Shown piece after piece: positions 22,198-32,000 of a stretch of 32,000 bases of DNA; position 1 is the stretch's first letter; each line of letters begins with the position of its first letter. Both the position numbers and the translations under genes were made by a program. Under the pieces are notes generated by a model. The model was not told where the DNA came from. It saw only the letters and a program-made list of their open reading frames with translations, and did not search any database. Origin of the DNA: Mycoplasma mycoides subsp. capri (GTDB taxonomy: Bacteria > Bacillota_I > Bacilli_A > Mycoplasmatales > Mycoplasmataceae); the NCBI RefSeq assembly GCF_018389705.1, contig NZ_CP065581.1, forward strand, positions 960,001-992,000. The letters run 5' to 3'.

Positions 22198-23533
22198 AAA
22201 TATTTCTCATACTATATCTAATTACTTTTAAATCTATATCATTCTTACTTTCTTCATTTCCTTTTATATTATTAATTTCATCTAAAACTTCTATAAAAAT
22301 ATCTGTATATTGGCGTTTTGCATGAAGTTCATAAAATGCTAAATCATCATTTTTTACTTTATATTTTTCTAAAAAATCCTTTTTTATTTTTTCTTCATTA
22401 TTTTCATTTTTATTAGTGTTAGGAAAATCAATACTATTTAGCTCTTCACTTATTTTATTAACAGTTTCTTCTAATTCTTTTTTAATTTTTTCACTATCCA
22501 TTATAGTATTAGAATTTTTTTCTAAAAAGTGATTAATATTTTTTAATTGTTCATCTTTTCATTTATTTATTGATTCATTTTTATTTGTAAAGGTTCTAAG
22601 AAAAGTGTTGTTTGGCATTCTTAAACTACGTTCAAATTGTCTTATTAGACTTCTATCTATATCTGAAATAATATCTTGACAATTTTCAATAAACTTGTCT
22701 CAAATGTCTTGAAGTTTATCGTTTATTTGATCATTTGCTTCTTCGTTTTCATTATCTTCTAAATCTTCAATATATTCTTTTAAAGCTTCATTCAACTTAT
22801 CATTTCTTTTTTCAAAAATTTTGTTTTCAATTTGTTCTAATTGTTCTTTTAGATTTTTATAATCTTTAAATCACAAAAGATCAGTAAATATTTGAAAATA
22901 AGTTTTATCATTAATTTCATATTTTAAGATCTTTAAAACTTTAGACTTATCATAAACTAAGTAAATAGCTTGTTTATTTTTGAAACTGTCTAGATCTTTA
23001 ATATCATTAATGTTAAAAACAAAAACTTCACTTGGATATTTATCATTAATTTTAGTTAATAAATTATTATGAGTTTTATATACATAATCAATTAGATTTT
23101 GTTCTAATTTAAAATGTTTATATCTATCATCAAAGGGATTAAAATTAAAATCAAATTGATTAATATGTTTTAATAATCAATACCAATCATTAGTTAAGGT
23201 GTTTTGTAAAGTTTTTTTAGCTTTTAAAGCTACTTGTTGGTAGTGAGTTGTTACTGATTCAATACTTCTATTACTATTAAAAACAGTATAAAAAGTTAAA
23301 ACAAATTTTAAATCACTAACCTTAGCATCACTAATGTTTTCTTGTTTTAAAGTATAAAGTTGTTTTTGTTGTTGATCTTTTATATATAAATCCAATAATT
23401 GATTAATATTTTTATTGTCATAAAACTTAAATTCTTGTCTATTAATAATTTTTTCTTTATTATTGTTTTTTATACTACAACTAGTAGTTGGAATTAGAAA
23501 AACTACTAAACTACTTAGCAATCACTTTTTCAT
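22184..23533 (-). CDS. Operon A surface lipoprotein 1, coiled-coil-rich C-terminal half
   Basis: 'MKKWLLSSLVVFLIPTTSCSIKNN' lipobox; motif 'NDWYWLLKHINQFDFNFNPFDD'; joins ORFs 23177-23521 and 22184-22501. Confidence 0.87.
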
Positions 23534-24215
23534 AAAAGATGTCCTCTAAATTCTTAGTTTTAACTCCCGAATATAAAACTTTTCCTTTATGAATTAAAGT
23601 TAATGAATCAACATATTTATCAATTTCAGATAAGTTATGTGAACTAATTAAAATAGAAATATTTTCTTTTTCATTAATTTTTTTTAAAAAAGAAAATAGT
23701 TCATATCTTGCTGTTGGATCTAAATTAGCAGCAGGTTCATCTAAAATTAAAAGTTTAGGATTATGTAATAAAGCTTGAATTAATAAAATTTTTTTCTTTT
23801 GTCCTGAAGAAAAATTATAAGGTTTTTCATTAATTAAATTACTAATGTTAAACATTTCTAAAAACTCTTTGATTTTATGTTCAACTTCTTTTTTATCTAA
23901 TTTTGATAAGAACCCTAAATAAGTTAAATATTGAATTGTTGTTAGTTCTTTTGGAAAAATTGCAACTTCAGGAACATAACCAATATATGATTTAGCTTGT
24001 GCTTTTTTAATATTAATATTATTAATTAAAACTTCTCCTTCATATTTACTAAAAGCTCCAATTATAGTTTTAATAGTTGTAGTTTTACCTGCTCCATTTT
24101 CTCCAATAAAAGCATGAAAACTTCCACTTTTAACACTCATATTAATATCATTAACACCTCTATTAGTATCAGTAAATATTTTAGTTAAATGATTGATTTT
24201 TAAAATGTCATTCAT
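23511..24215 (-). CDS. ABC transporter ATP-binding protein
   Basis: Walker A 'GENGAGKTTT', signature 'FSSGQKKKIL', Walker B 'LLILDEPAANLD', H-loop 'ISSHNL'; ATG 1 nt after the permease TAG. Confidence 0.94.
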   Translation of the reverse strand: MNDILKINHLTKIFTDTNRGVNDINMSVKSGSFHAFIGENGAGKTTTIKTIIGAFSKYEGEVLINNINIKKAQAKSYIGYVPEVAIFPKELTTIQYLTYLGFLSKLDKKEVEHKIKEFLEMFNISNLINEKPYNFSSGQKKKILLIQALLHNPKLLILDEPAANLDPTARYELFSFLKKINEKENISILISSHNLSEIDKYVDSLTLIHKGKVLYSGVKTKNLEDIFYEKVIAK

Positions 24216-24216
24216 A

Positions 24217-26088
24217 CTATTTATAATCCTTTCTAACATACATATAAAACACTAAATAAAATAATAAACCAACTACAATAATTCATATTCCAAATAAAAT
24301 ATTTTTATTAAAAATTTGTTTATCTCTAGTTATTGCAAATAAACTAGGTGAAGAGTTAAATAAAAAGTTTGTTTTACTTTCTGTTAATTTATATCGAATT
24401 TTAATTTTTGTTTCTTTGCCGTTTTCTTTTTTATCTTCATAAATTATTTTTTCATATTTATCATATCCACCAATATAATAATCATGATCAAAGATTTTAA
24501 TTTTAATTTGAGAATCTAAATAACTATCTTTTTTATTAACATCTTTTAATAAAGCTTGTAGTAAAACTGAATTTTGATAATTAAAATAAATATAATTCAT
24601 TAAGCTTGTAGCTAAATATAATTGTTTTTCATAAACTGACTCTAGTTTTTTATCAATAATTGCTCTTGAATCAAAAATAGTTAAATTAGAGTTTTGATAA
24701 TTATTAATTTCTGATTTATCATTATTTAAATATTTAGAAATTTCATCAATTAATTTATTATGTAAGTTATTAAAATAGTTATTTTTATCTTTAATAGTTT
24801 GATATTCTTTTAAATTAATATGTTGTTTAATAAAATTATTAACAAATCTTTTAGCAATTTGATTAAATGTTTTATCGTTTAAAACTTGAAAAACATTATT
24901 TCATTTTAAAACTCCAACTAAATTGTTTTCTCTTGAAAAATCATTTTCATCTTCAATAAAATTAGTGTTAATGTCATTAGCATTTTTTCTAGCATAAATA
25001 ATATCTCTAGATCTAGAGTTAATATTTTTATTATTAATATTATTACTTGAAAGTATTGTGTGAGATTGTAATAACCCAGGTACTGCATACATTTCAACTG
25101 GCTTATCATCTTTTAAAACACTATACTTGTTATAACTAGCATTTTTAACTAATTTATACTTATAAGAAATATCATCTAAATCATTATAATAAATAAAATT
25201 ATTTAAATTAGAACTAGAATTACTAAATTGATTAAAGATATTTTTATTTTTAAAATTAAAAACATTAATTAATTGATAAGGTATAGAAAATCAAGAATAA
25301 GTTGTTCATAAAGTTGAAGAGTTGTTAGAAACTTCTGTTGCTTTTTTTAAATATTTAACTTGTTCATCATTAAACTCTTTATTTTCACTACCATTTGGAA
25401 TTACTAATAACTCATCTTTATTATTAATAAAATAAGCTTCTGAATTTAATTGATTATTTGAATGATGATATGGATATTTTTGATTTAAATAATATCCTAC
25501 TTTATTTAAATTTGAAGTTGTATTACTTGATAAAACCATTCCTATAATTGATAAAAATATAAATAAAACTAAAGGAATAGTTAAGGCTATTTTTTGAGTT
25601 AACTTATAACTTAAAATAGCTGTTATTAAACTAATTAATAAATAAGTAATTAATCCTACAAATCATAACAATAAACTAGTTAGTACTAAAGTTATAAATG
25701 AGTAATTAGCATATAAACTAACTAAAGCACTAACTAATAAAATACTTGATCAAATTAACCCATAAAAACTTAAACACAATAATTTTCCTAATATTAAATT
25801 ATTTCTTGAAATTGGTTTTGAAAAACTAATGATTTCTAATCCTTCTTGATCTAAATCTTTAAAGATATTTAATGATTTAATTGCACTAAAAATAACAGTA
25901 ATAATTAGTAATAAAAATATATATAAATAACTTGATAATGCTAAATATTTTTCATCAATAACAAATTTAAATATCAATCCTATAATAGTTGAAAATATTA
26001 GAGTAAATATAGGTAAAAGATATGAACTCTTTTTATATAAAATTGTAAAAAAAGCAAATTGAGAGTATTTAAATATTGATATTTTCAT
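24217..26088 (-). CDS. ABC-2-like permease with large extracytoplasmic domain (operon A)
   Basis: Several N-terminal TMs, 'LNIFKDLDQEGLEIISFSKPISRNNLILGKLLCL', a hydrophilic region of more than 300 aa, C-terminal TM 'FGIWIIVVGLLFYLVFYMYVRKDYK*'; single frame across TGA codons. Confidence 0.88.
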
Positions 26089-26118
26089 ATAACCCTTTGT
26101 CGTTTGTATATACTATTA

Positions 26119-26182
26119 ATTATAAAAATTATAAATAAATAATTGATAAATGTAACACTTATTTATAAAAATTATAAATAAA
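26119..26182. repeat. Two copies of TTATAAAAATTATAAATAAA; a third copy at 31072-31094
   Basis: Each of the two operon starts has a copy within about 30-50 nt of the permease ATG. Confidence 0.75.
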
Positions 26183-26207
26183 GATATAAATACATGGGAT
26201 TTAATAA

Positions 26208-26235
26208 CAAAAAATAGCCTATAAGGCTATTTGTT
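26208..26235 (-). terminator. Terminator between operon B and operon A
   Basis: Minus strand AATAGCC-TTAT-AGGCTATTTTTTG, overlapping the stop of the 26227 gene. Confidence 0.7.
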
Positions 26236-27114
26236 TAGATATTTACTATTTACTTCAAACATTACATATCTTAATGGTTTTCCACCAAATTTTGCATTGA
26301 AATTATTCATTGCTTGAGATGTTCTGTCTTTTGCAACACTTAGTACTGCATTAGCATATTCATCTAAAATAAACACTTCTCTATCAAGCTTGTTTTTAGT
26401 TAATCTTGGATAAATGTTAGCATATGCAATAAATTTAAACTTATCTGGATTTTTTTCAATGTTTATTTCTAAAATATTTCAATCTTCAGTTAATAAATAA
26501 AAATTATAATAAATTAATTTACCAGATATTGAGTTGCTTTTTGTTATAGCAAATTGAGAGATGTTATTAGAATGCATTGTTTTAAACAATCCATAATCAA
26601 CAGCATTCTTTTCAGCTTCTTCACCTAGCTTACTTACATTACCATTAAAACCATTATAAACATCATATAATACAAAATTAAATTTATCTAAATTATATAA
26701 AGTTCATAATCAGTTTTTATTAAAAAAGTCATATAGTTTATTACCATATTCTTTAACAGGGTAAGGATCATCACCTGTAATATTATCTCCATCAGTACCA
26801 TAACCTGCATTAATATTATTAGCATAAGTTAAGTATTTATTTAAAGTAGATAACATTTCTTTATCATTAATATTAAATTGTTCTTCTTTGTATTGTTTAA
26901 TTTTTTCATTGTCATTATTAAAAGCTATACTTAAAATTTGATTCACATATTCACGTTGTACGAATTGATTTCAACTATCTTTTTTTTCATCTTTTTTAAT
27001 AGATAAATTATTAATGTCTTGATTTTTATTATTAGAACAAGATATAGCAGCAAAACTTAAGATAGGAAAAATAGATAGTAAAACTAAAGACAAACTTTTT
27101 TTAAGTTTAAACAT
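26227..27114 (-). CDS. Operon B surface protein 3, putative lipoprotein
   Basis: 'MFKLKKSLSLVLLSIFPILSFAAISCSNNK' lipobox; motif 'KNWLWTLYNLDKFNFVLYD'; C-terminal 'GGKPLR' shared with 20496-21380. Confidence 0.86.
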
Positions 27115-27115
27115 A

Positions 27116-27946
27116 TTATTTTTCCTTTCATAATAAAATTCCATCTCAAGGATATCCATATTCTTTAATTATGTGTTTTTCAAAAGTTGAAGTGAAAGCA
27201 TCTTTTTGATTATGAAAAACTCCAAGGTGTATAGCATCAGAAATTGTATCTATATTTATTCTAGAAATTATAGAATCATTAAATAAAATAAACTTATCTA
27301 TAGTCATTTTTTTATCATTATTTGTAAGAAGTGCTCTAATAATAAATCTATCTTTTCTTAGATAATAAACTGTTAGATTAGGTAAATCTTCATTTTCTTT
27401 TCCAATTTTTATTAAGTCTATATTATTGTTAGAAAAATAATAATTATCTTTAGGTTTTTCTCTTTTTTTAATATCATCTAAAAATTCTTTGGAGTGTAAT
27501 TCGCTTCCGTTATTTGCTTTTAACTTTCAAAAATCAACGAACTTCATTTCAAATTTACTTAAATTTTGAAAAACAAATAATCAATTTTAAGAATAAAAAT
27601 TCTTTATTTTTTTTAAATTTTCTTCATTTGAATTTTTTAAATATTCTGAGCTCAATTCTTTTGCTTTAGAAATTAATTGATCATTCTTTTCTTTTTGTGA
27701 CTTAACAAATTCTTGTTGGTCTAGCTTAGAATCTTTAAAAACATCATCAACAAGTGATTGTAATAACTTTACAGTCTTTGCTTCTTTGTCATTGTTTAAA
27801 TTATCATAAACATCAAAACCGGGAGGTCTAACTAAGTTTAAGTTATTGGTTTTTTTATTTATAAAAAATAGAGAAGGAAGAACTAAAAAAGGTAAGATAG
27901 CAAAAGCGATTGATATATTAATAAGAGTTTTTTTATTCTTGTTCAT
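27116..27946 (-). pseudogene. Operon B surface protein 2, interrupted by in-frame TAA
   Basis: 'MNKNKKTLINISIAFAILPFLVLPSLFF...KNFYS*NWLFVFQNLSKFEMKFVDFWKL...'; TAA at 27587-27589, while homology to 21367-22197 continues in the same frame to 27116. Confidence 0.8.
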
Positions 27947-29129
27947 AAATACCTCTCATACTAAATCTAACTATCTTTCAACCATCCTTATTGATGTCAT
28001 TTAACGACTCTTTTAAACGTTCATTATATTGGTCTGTTGCATGAAATTCTAAGAACTTTTTATCATTACTTTTTTGTGGCAGATCTTCTATATCTTTTTC
28101 ATACTTCTTAACATTTTCATCAGATTGTTGTAATTGTTTTTCTTTTCTTTCAAGATCTTTTTTTAGTTCTTCAAGTGTAGGTTCTTTTTTCTTATCTTCT
28201 TTTGGTGCTGATAGTGTTCTAGTATTTAATGCTAATGCAAGTGGTGCAGTATGTGATGAATTTGTATTTTCTTCTAATTTTTTAATTTTTTCTTTTAATT
28301 CTTGAATTTCTTGTTGTGTTTTTTCTTTACGTTTTTTTGTAGCCTCTATATTTTTATTTATATTTTCTAGATTGTTATTATATTCAACTTTTCTTTTTTC
28401 AAAAATGGTGTTTTCTAAATGTTGGATTTGATTTTCTAAATTATTAGTATCTTTAAAAATAAACAGATCTGTTGTCATTAAAAACTCAGTCTTGTTTTGG
28501 TTTTCATATTTTCATATTTTAATAGCTTTATTGTTATCAAATATTAAATATAATGCTTCTTTTTTTAAATAGTCATCTTTTATTTTTTCATTAACAACTT
28601 TATCTAAATTTATTTTTATAATCTTTTGAACATTTTTATTCTTAACACTAGAAATTAATGATCCTAGATCTTTTTCTACTTGATTAAATAAATCTTCATC
28701 TTTATCAAATTCATTATAAAGATCACCATAAGGATTAAAGTTGTATTTAAAATTAGTGATGTTATCTAAAACTCAATATCAGTCATTTTTTAAAGTTTGT
28801 TCTAAAGCATTTTTTGATTTTTGAATAATTACTCTATAATGTTGACCAACATGATAATCTAAACTTCTATGAATAAAAATTGGATAAAAAGTTAGTCCAT
28901 ATTTTAGTTCACTAAATTTAGAATCAGAAACATTTTCTTGATCATTAATATAAGAATCTCTTAATTTAGAATCACTTAAATATAAATTCAATAACTCACT
29001 TACATATTTATTTTTATATAATTTATTTTCATTTTTATTTATAGTTGGATTAGCTTTAGGTGTACTAGTAGAACAAGAAACTGTTAAAAAAGCAAATATA
29101 CTTGAAAAACCAATTAATAACTTTTTCAT
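27933..29129 (-). CDS. Operon B surface lipoprotein 1, long coiled coil
   Basis: 'MKKLLIGFSSIFAFLTVSCSTSTPK' lipobox; motif 'NDWYWVLDNITNFKYNFNPYGD'; coiled coil 'EATKKRKEKTQQEIQELKEKIKKLEE'; TGA=Trp. Confidence 0.87.
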
Positions 29130-29147
29130 ACAACTCCTTTTTAAATT

Positions 29148-31043
29148 CTACTTATAATCTTTTTTTCTATATAACTCAAATACAGCTAATAATTCAACTC
29201 CAATAACTATAACTCATAAAAGAAATAACACATTTTTATTAACTACTCTTTTTGATCTACTAATACTAAATAATTCATTTGTTGATTCAAATAAATAGTT
29301 ATTATTACTTTTAGTTAAACTAAATCTTAAAACTGTATTAGTTTCTTTATCTTTTTTTTCATATTGAGTTTGATAACTACTATATCCACCAATATTATAT
29401 TTATAACTATTAATATCTAATTTAACTTGATAATCTCCATAACTATCATTATCAGGATTTTTTAACATAGCTTGATAAATTAAACTATCAGGATAATTAA
29501 AATAAATATAATTTAAAAATGAAATTGCAAAATATAAAATTCTTTCATTTTGAGATTGTAATTTATTATGTCTTTTAATAGAATATTGATCAAAAATAGT
29601 AATGTTATTATTGTTATAACTATAAATTTTAGATTCTTTATTATTTAAATATTCAGATAAATAAGTCATTAACTTTTTATTAAGTTCTTTTAACTTATTA
29701 TCAATTTCTTTAGTATTATTTTGTTTAACTAACTTATCAAATTCTTTATTAAAATCTTTTGTAAAATATTGTTTATTAAAACTAGTAACAAATTCTTTTG
29801 CTATTTGATTAAATACAGGATCACTTAAAGCTTCATAAACATAAATTCATCTTAATCTTCCAACTAAATTAGTTTTATTATCAGTATGTAATTGGTTTTT
29901 ATCTTCTAAAAATTCTTTATCTTTATTATCAGCGCCTTCAGCTGCATAAATAATATCAAAATCAACTATTTCTTCATGACCTGAAGTATTATCATTTTTT
30001 TGACTATGAATAGAATGAGATTTTAAAATACCTGGAACTATATATTTATAAGTATTATTTGCACTTGTTTTGTATTTTTTAATATTAGGTTTTTTATCTA
30101 ATTTATATTTATAAGAAATATCATCTAAATTATTATAATAAACATATTTATCTAAATTAGAATTACTTTTGTCTGATAATGAAGCAAATAAATTTTTATT
30201 TTTAAAATTAAATACATCAACTAATTGATATGGAATTGATAATCAAGAATAAATTTGTCAAATATTTGAAGAACTATTTGAATAATTAACTACATCTTCT
30301 AAATATTTAACTTGTTCTACACTAAACTCTTTATTATTAACTCCATTTGGTATTAAAAATAATTCATCTTTATGATTGTTTAAATAATAAGGTTCAACAT
30401 TTACTTCATTTCCTGAATGATGATTTTTATATTCTTTATTAATATAAAAGCTAGCTTGATCAACATTAGATTTAACATTAATAGATAAAATCATTCCAAT
30501 TAAGCTTAAAGGTACAAATAAAACAAATGGAATAATCATAGAAATCTTTTGAGCTAATTTATAACTTAATAACACTGTAAATAAACTAAATAATAAATAA
30601 GTAATTAACCCAACAAATCCTAATAATAAACTAGTTAAAAATAAATATAAAAATGAATAAGTTGCATATAAAGATAAAAAACCACTAATTAATAAAGTTA
30701 AAGATCAAATTAATCCAAAAAAGGTCAAGCATAATAATTTACCAATAATTAAAGATTTTCTAGTTAATGGTTTTGATAAACTAATTATTTCTAATCCTTC
30801 TTGTTCAAGGTCTTTAAAAATATTTAAAGCTTTAATACAGCTAAAAACAACAGTTAAAGTAATTAAAATAAAAACATATAAAAAACTTAATAACTCTACG
30901 TATTTATTATTAACTACAAACTTTAAAATAAGCCCAATAATTAATGAACTAACTAAAGTAAAAATGGGTAAAATTATTGAACTTTTTTTCTTTAAAATAG
31001 TGTAAAAAGCAAATTGTGAGTATTTAAAAGCATTCAGTTTCAT
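29148..31043 (-). CDS. ABC-2-like permease with large extracytoplasmic domain (operon B)
   Basis: 'MKLNAFKYSQFAFYTILKKKSSIILPIFTL...FKDLEQEGLEIISLSKPLTRKSLIIGKLLCLTF', co-linear with 24217-26088; ends '...KKDYK*'. Confidence 0.87.
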
Positions 31044-31120
31044 AAAATATCTTTCTAAAAATTAAAAGTCTTATTTATAAAAATTATAAATAAAATTATA
31101 ACAAAATCCAAGTTATAACA

Positions 31121-31155
31121 AAAAAGACTTACATTTTTTTGTAAGTCTTTTTTTT
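31121..31155. terminator. Terminator between the YfcC-family gene and operon B
   Basis: AAAAAGACTTAC-ATTTTTTT-GTAAGTCTTTTT. Confidence 0.8.
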
Positions 31156-32000
31156 AAGATATTGAATCTGGTAATGCTCCACCAGTTAATAAAAGGATAA
31201 AACATAAAATAAATAAATATGAAATTATTGGTAACATTGCTTTTAAGTATTTAGCATAACTCATTCTAGATAATGAACAAGCTCCCATTACAACTCCTGA
31301 AGTTGGAGTAATTAGATTAACTAAACCTATTGCAAAAGTAAAGGCCATAATTGATCCAGATGAAGCATAAGCTTGTAATTGATTAGTTTTACTATCAACT
31401 AAAGATTTAGCAAGAAGTGGAAAAATAGTTGTTGCAAATCCAGATGAAGATGGAATTAAAAATCCTAGTGGAATAAATACTATAAATAAAACAATAACTT
31501 TAGCTGTTTGATTGTTAATCCCACCAATTGAATTTAAAATCCCTTTAACAAATAGAGATTGTAAATTAGTTTGAACTAAAATATATCCAACTCCAGCAGC
31601 TGTTGCTATTATAAATGCCACTGATAAAATGTCTGAAGCCCCTTCAAATCATTTTTTAATAAATGTAGCTTCACCAATTGAATTGATAATAGCTAATGTA
31701 ATTGAAGCTAATAAGAAAAATGCAGCAACATTATCTAAATCTCCATTTCCTCATCCGGGAATTAGAGCAGTTAAATAAGGAATATTTTTTTTAATTCAAA
31801 TAGCTTGATCTGCCATTTTAGTATTATTAAAAATTGAATCTCATCCAACTAAATAAAAAATCATTACTAAAAAACTAATTGCAAAAACAACTAAAGATAC
31901 TTTCTTTTTTCAATCTAGTTTTATAGTCTTACTTACATGAGCTAAAAAGAATTCTTTATCTCCTTCTAGTGTTGAAAAAGTCACAGATTTAGAAGGATTT
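31154..32000 (-). CDS. YfcC-family (C4-dicarboxylate/basic amino acid antiporter-like) transporter, 5' end outside window
   Basis: Multi-TM; 'FLIPSSSGFATTIFPLLAKSL' and 'GLVNLITPTSGVVMGACSLSRMSYAKYLKAMLP'; reads through TGA upstream of 31621. Confidence 0.82.

Noticed and set aside
24918-25109. 63-aa minus ORF in another frame inside permease A
   Set aside because: Overlaps the permease frame, which is continuous from 26088 to 24217 when TGA=Trp.
26100-26200. Short AT-rich repeats considered as a CRISPR array or origin-like repeat
   Set aside because: Only two adjacent copies plus one distant copy, no regular spacers, no cas genes, no DnaA-box pattern.
209-31621. Widespread apparent gene fragmentation in the ORF track
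   Set aside because: Not pseudogenisation: breaks are TGA codons at positions expected to be Trp (genetic code 4). Only the ptsG copy 2 frameshift and the TAA at 27587 are real interruptions.
1-32000. Search for tRNA/rRNA genes, insertion sequences and integrative element genes
   Set aside because: No cloverleaf-like or rRNA-like segments and no transposase/integrase motifs recognised by eye; a tRNAscan/ISfinder run would be needed to exclude small relics.

Overview
AT-rich mollicute (Mycoplasma/Spiroplasma-group) chromosome. TGA is read as Trp throughout, so most ORFs in the supplied track are fragments cut at in-frame TGA codons. I re-joined them by reading through TGA. Plus strand: folC (5' partial)-ECF/FolT S component; then hprK-lgt paralog 1-trxB-lgt paralog 2-whiA. 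Minus strand: two lipoproteins (one with DUF285/BspA-type repeats) and a five-gene block with two tandem glucose-type PTS EIICB genes (the upstream copy frameshifted between EIIC and EIIB), a dual-specificity-type phosphatase, an unknown protein and a small membrane protein. Next come an AlbA_2/Schlafen-type regulator (+), an RpiR-type regulator (-), topA (+) and a lipoprotein (-). The right third (about 20.5-31.1 kb, all minus) holds two tandem paralogous operons. Each encodes a large ABC-2-like permease with a big extracytoplasmic domain plus three surface proteins. Operon A also has the ATPase; operon B has no ATPase and one surface gene is broken by an in-frame TAA. The three surface proteins of each operon appear to be distant paralogs of one another (shared N-W-x-W/F-x-L-x-N-I-x-x-F motif). 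This is the best candidate for a poorly described system. The window ends inside a YfcC-family transporter. The first lgt copy lacks the otherwise conserved His of the HGG motif.
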